Positions 63,113-64,000 of a stretch of DNA of 64,000 nucleotides are shown here, one piece after another. This DNA is from Paraspadella gotoi. Its lineage: Eukaryota > Animalia > Chaetognatha. Made by a program: the position numbers and the translations under genes. The notes beneath the pieces were generated by a model that saw nothing but the letters and a program-made list of their open reading frames with translations, searched no databases and was not told the origin of the DNA. The first letter of the stretch is position 1; every line of letters begins with the position of its first letter. The DNA lies in contig JBJCIZ010001661.1 in the NCBI GenBank assembly GCA_051294375.1, forward strand, positions 1 to 64,000, in the 5' to 3' direction.

Positions 63113-63619
63113 CTAAGCCTCAACTGTTTTCGCGGAACCGCGTTGAGAAGAAGTCCCGCCTGCGTCGGCCTTCTGTGTGCCGAGCGAATTGACGATTCCA
63201 ACATCGAAAAAAACTTGCAAACTTTCGACGGACGAAGGATCCGCGGCGCCTTCCGGCTTGCTTTTCATTGCGATTAGGGATCCCGAACTAGGACGACGCC
63301 GTCCGGGCCGTAATTGGACACAGTCGACGGATTGTGCATCGCGCTCCTTCTCGAATAGCAGTGAGATTGAAGTCGGTTTCGATTCGTTTTTATTTCTGCA
63401 ATCTTCGCGGTCTTCGGCTGCTAACGACTTCGCGAAGCTTTTCCAACGATTTTCAAGCCGCGTTTTTGTCACCTGCGGCAGTGAATATGATCGCGTTGGA
63501 AAAAGCGCGCCAGAGATATTGCGTCGTGGGAGCTCGAGTGCCGGAAAATTTTTTTGCATCGGGAAATTCCCCTTTCGGCGTTTTTTCGGACTTCGTCGCT
63601 CGTTTGTAAGGACGAATTT
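63113..63619 (-). CDS. Possible coding exon of unknown product (open frame 63619-63113; ATG at 63559)
   Basis: Non-repetitive, GC-balanced and open for ~168 codons, including SPKKRRK upstream of the Met. No recognisable domain, and the antisense frame is open too. Confidence 0.2.
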   Translation of the reverse strand, partial: KFVLTNERRSPKKRRKGNFPMQKNFPALELPRRNISGALFPTRSYSLPQVTKTRLENRWKSFAKSLAAEDREDCRNKNESKPTSISLLFEKERDAQSVDCVQLRPGRRRPSSGSLIAMKSKPEGAADPSSVESLQVFFDVGIVNSLGTQKADAGGTSSQRGSAKTVEA

Positions 63620-63817
63620 TTAGATTTGCGCTAGTGCGGACGAACGAGGAAAAATACTCGATAACTTGCGCGACGCCCGACAGTATCCCCTTCTCCCAAA
63701 ATTTCTACGAGATATCTAGGACTTTAACCCTTCTTCAAAGCGGACATTGGCTTCAGTCCCTGAAACGCCGTACCCTTCAGGAATGCAACATCTTCCGCGT
63801 AACCTTTCACGTCGATA

Positions 63818-64000
63818 ATGGTCGAGGCTCATGCGATATCGTCACGATCGCGCCAAAACCACTCCGACGCAAGAAACATTGCGTCGCCAACCGGGGGAAA
63901 GACACGTAGTTCCGTGCAGTCTACGAAAGAATTCCGGGCCGCTATTTCAGGAGGAACATGGGAAGACGAGTCGATGGAAGTTCTGTCGGGGCTTCCCTCC
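63818..64000 (+). CDS. Possible start of a protein-coding exon running off the window (MVEAHAISSRSRQNHSDARNIASPTGGKTRSSVQSTKEFRAAISGGTWEDESMEVLSGLPS...)
   Basis: ATG in good context (ataATGG) after an in-frame stop; 61 open codons to the window end, downstream of a TTTGCAG acceptor-like site at 63049. No homology recognised. Confidence 0.3.
   Translation, partial: MVEAHAISSRSRQNHSDARNIASPTGGKTRSSVQSTKEFRAAISGGTWEDESMEVLSGLPS

Overview
This window is very AT-rich eukaryotic DNA, most likely from an invertebrate or arthropod-like draft assembly. It has several N-gaps and indel-noisy stretches and contains no recognisable protein-coding gene. About 45 kb is a complex, orientation-switching repeat built on a 10-bp CTGTGCAAAT/ATTTGCACAG core, and nearly all ORFs in the track are artefacts of repeats. 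Two intact ~2.6-3 kb DINE-1/HINE-like non-autonomous Helentrons lie at 31867-34830 and 54443-57033. Three further 5' ends of the same family on the minus strand run directly into the TGCACA repeat, and the element body resumes at 27927, which suggests the repeat is the hugely expanded interior of a giant Helentron. Three copies of a fold-back MITE, each with an 8-bp target duplication (hAT-like), sit in the repeat core CTGTGCAW. Other features are a homogeneous 183-bp hairpin satellite with diverged tRNA-B-box-bearing relatives, two GC-rich inserts (one with a Helitron-like 3' end), many mini- and microsatellites, and a CpG-rich, possibly genic region at the right end (~59.5-64 kb). All calls come from reading the sequence by eye; no alignment or database search was run.
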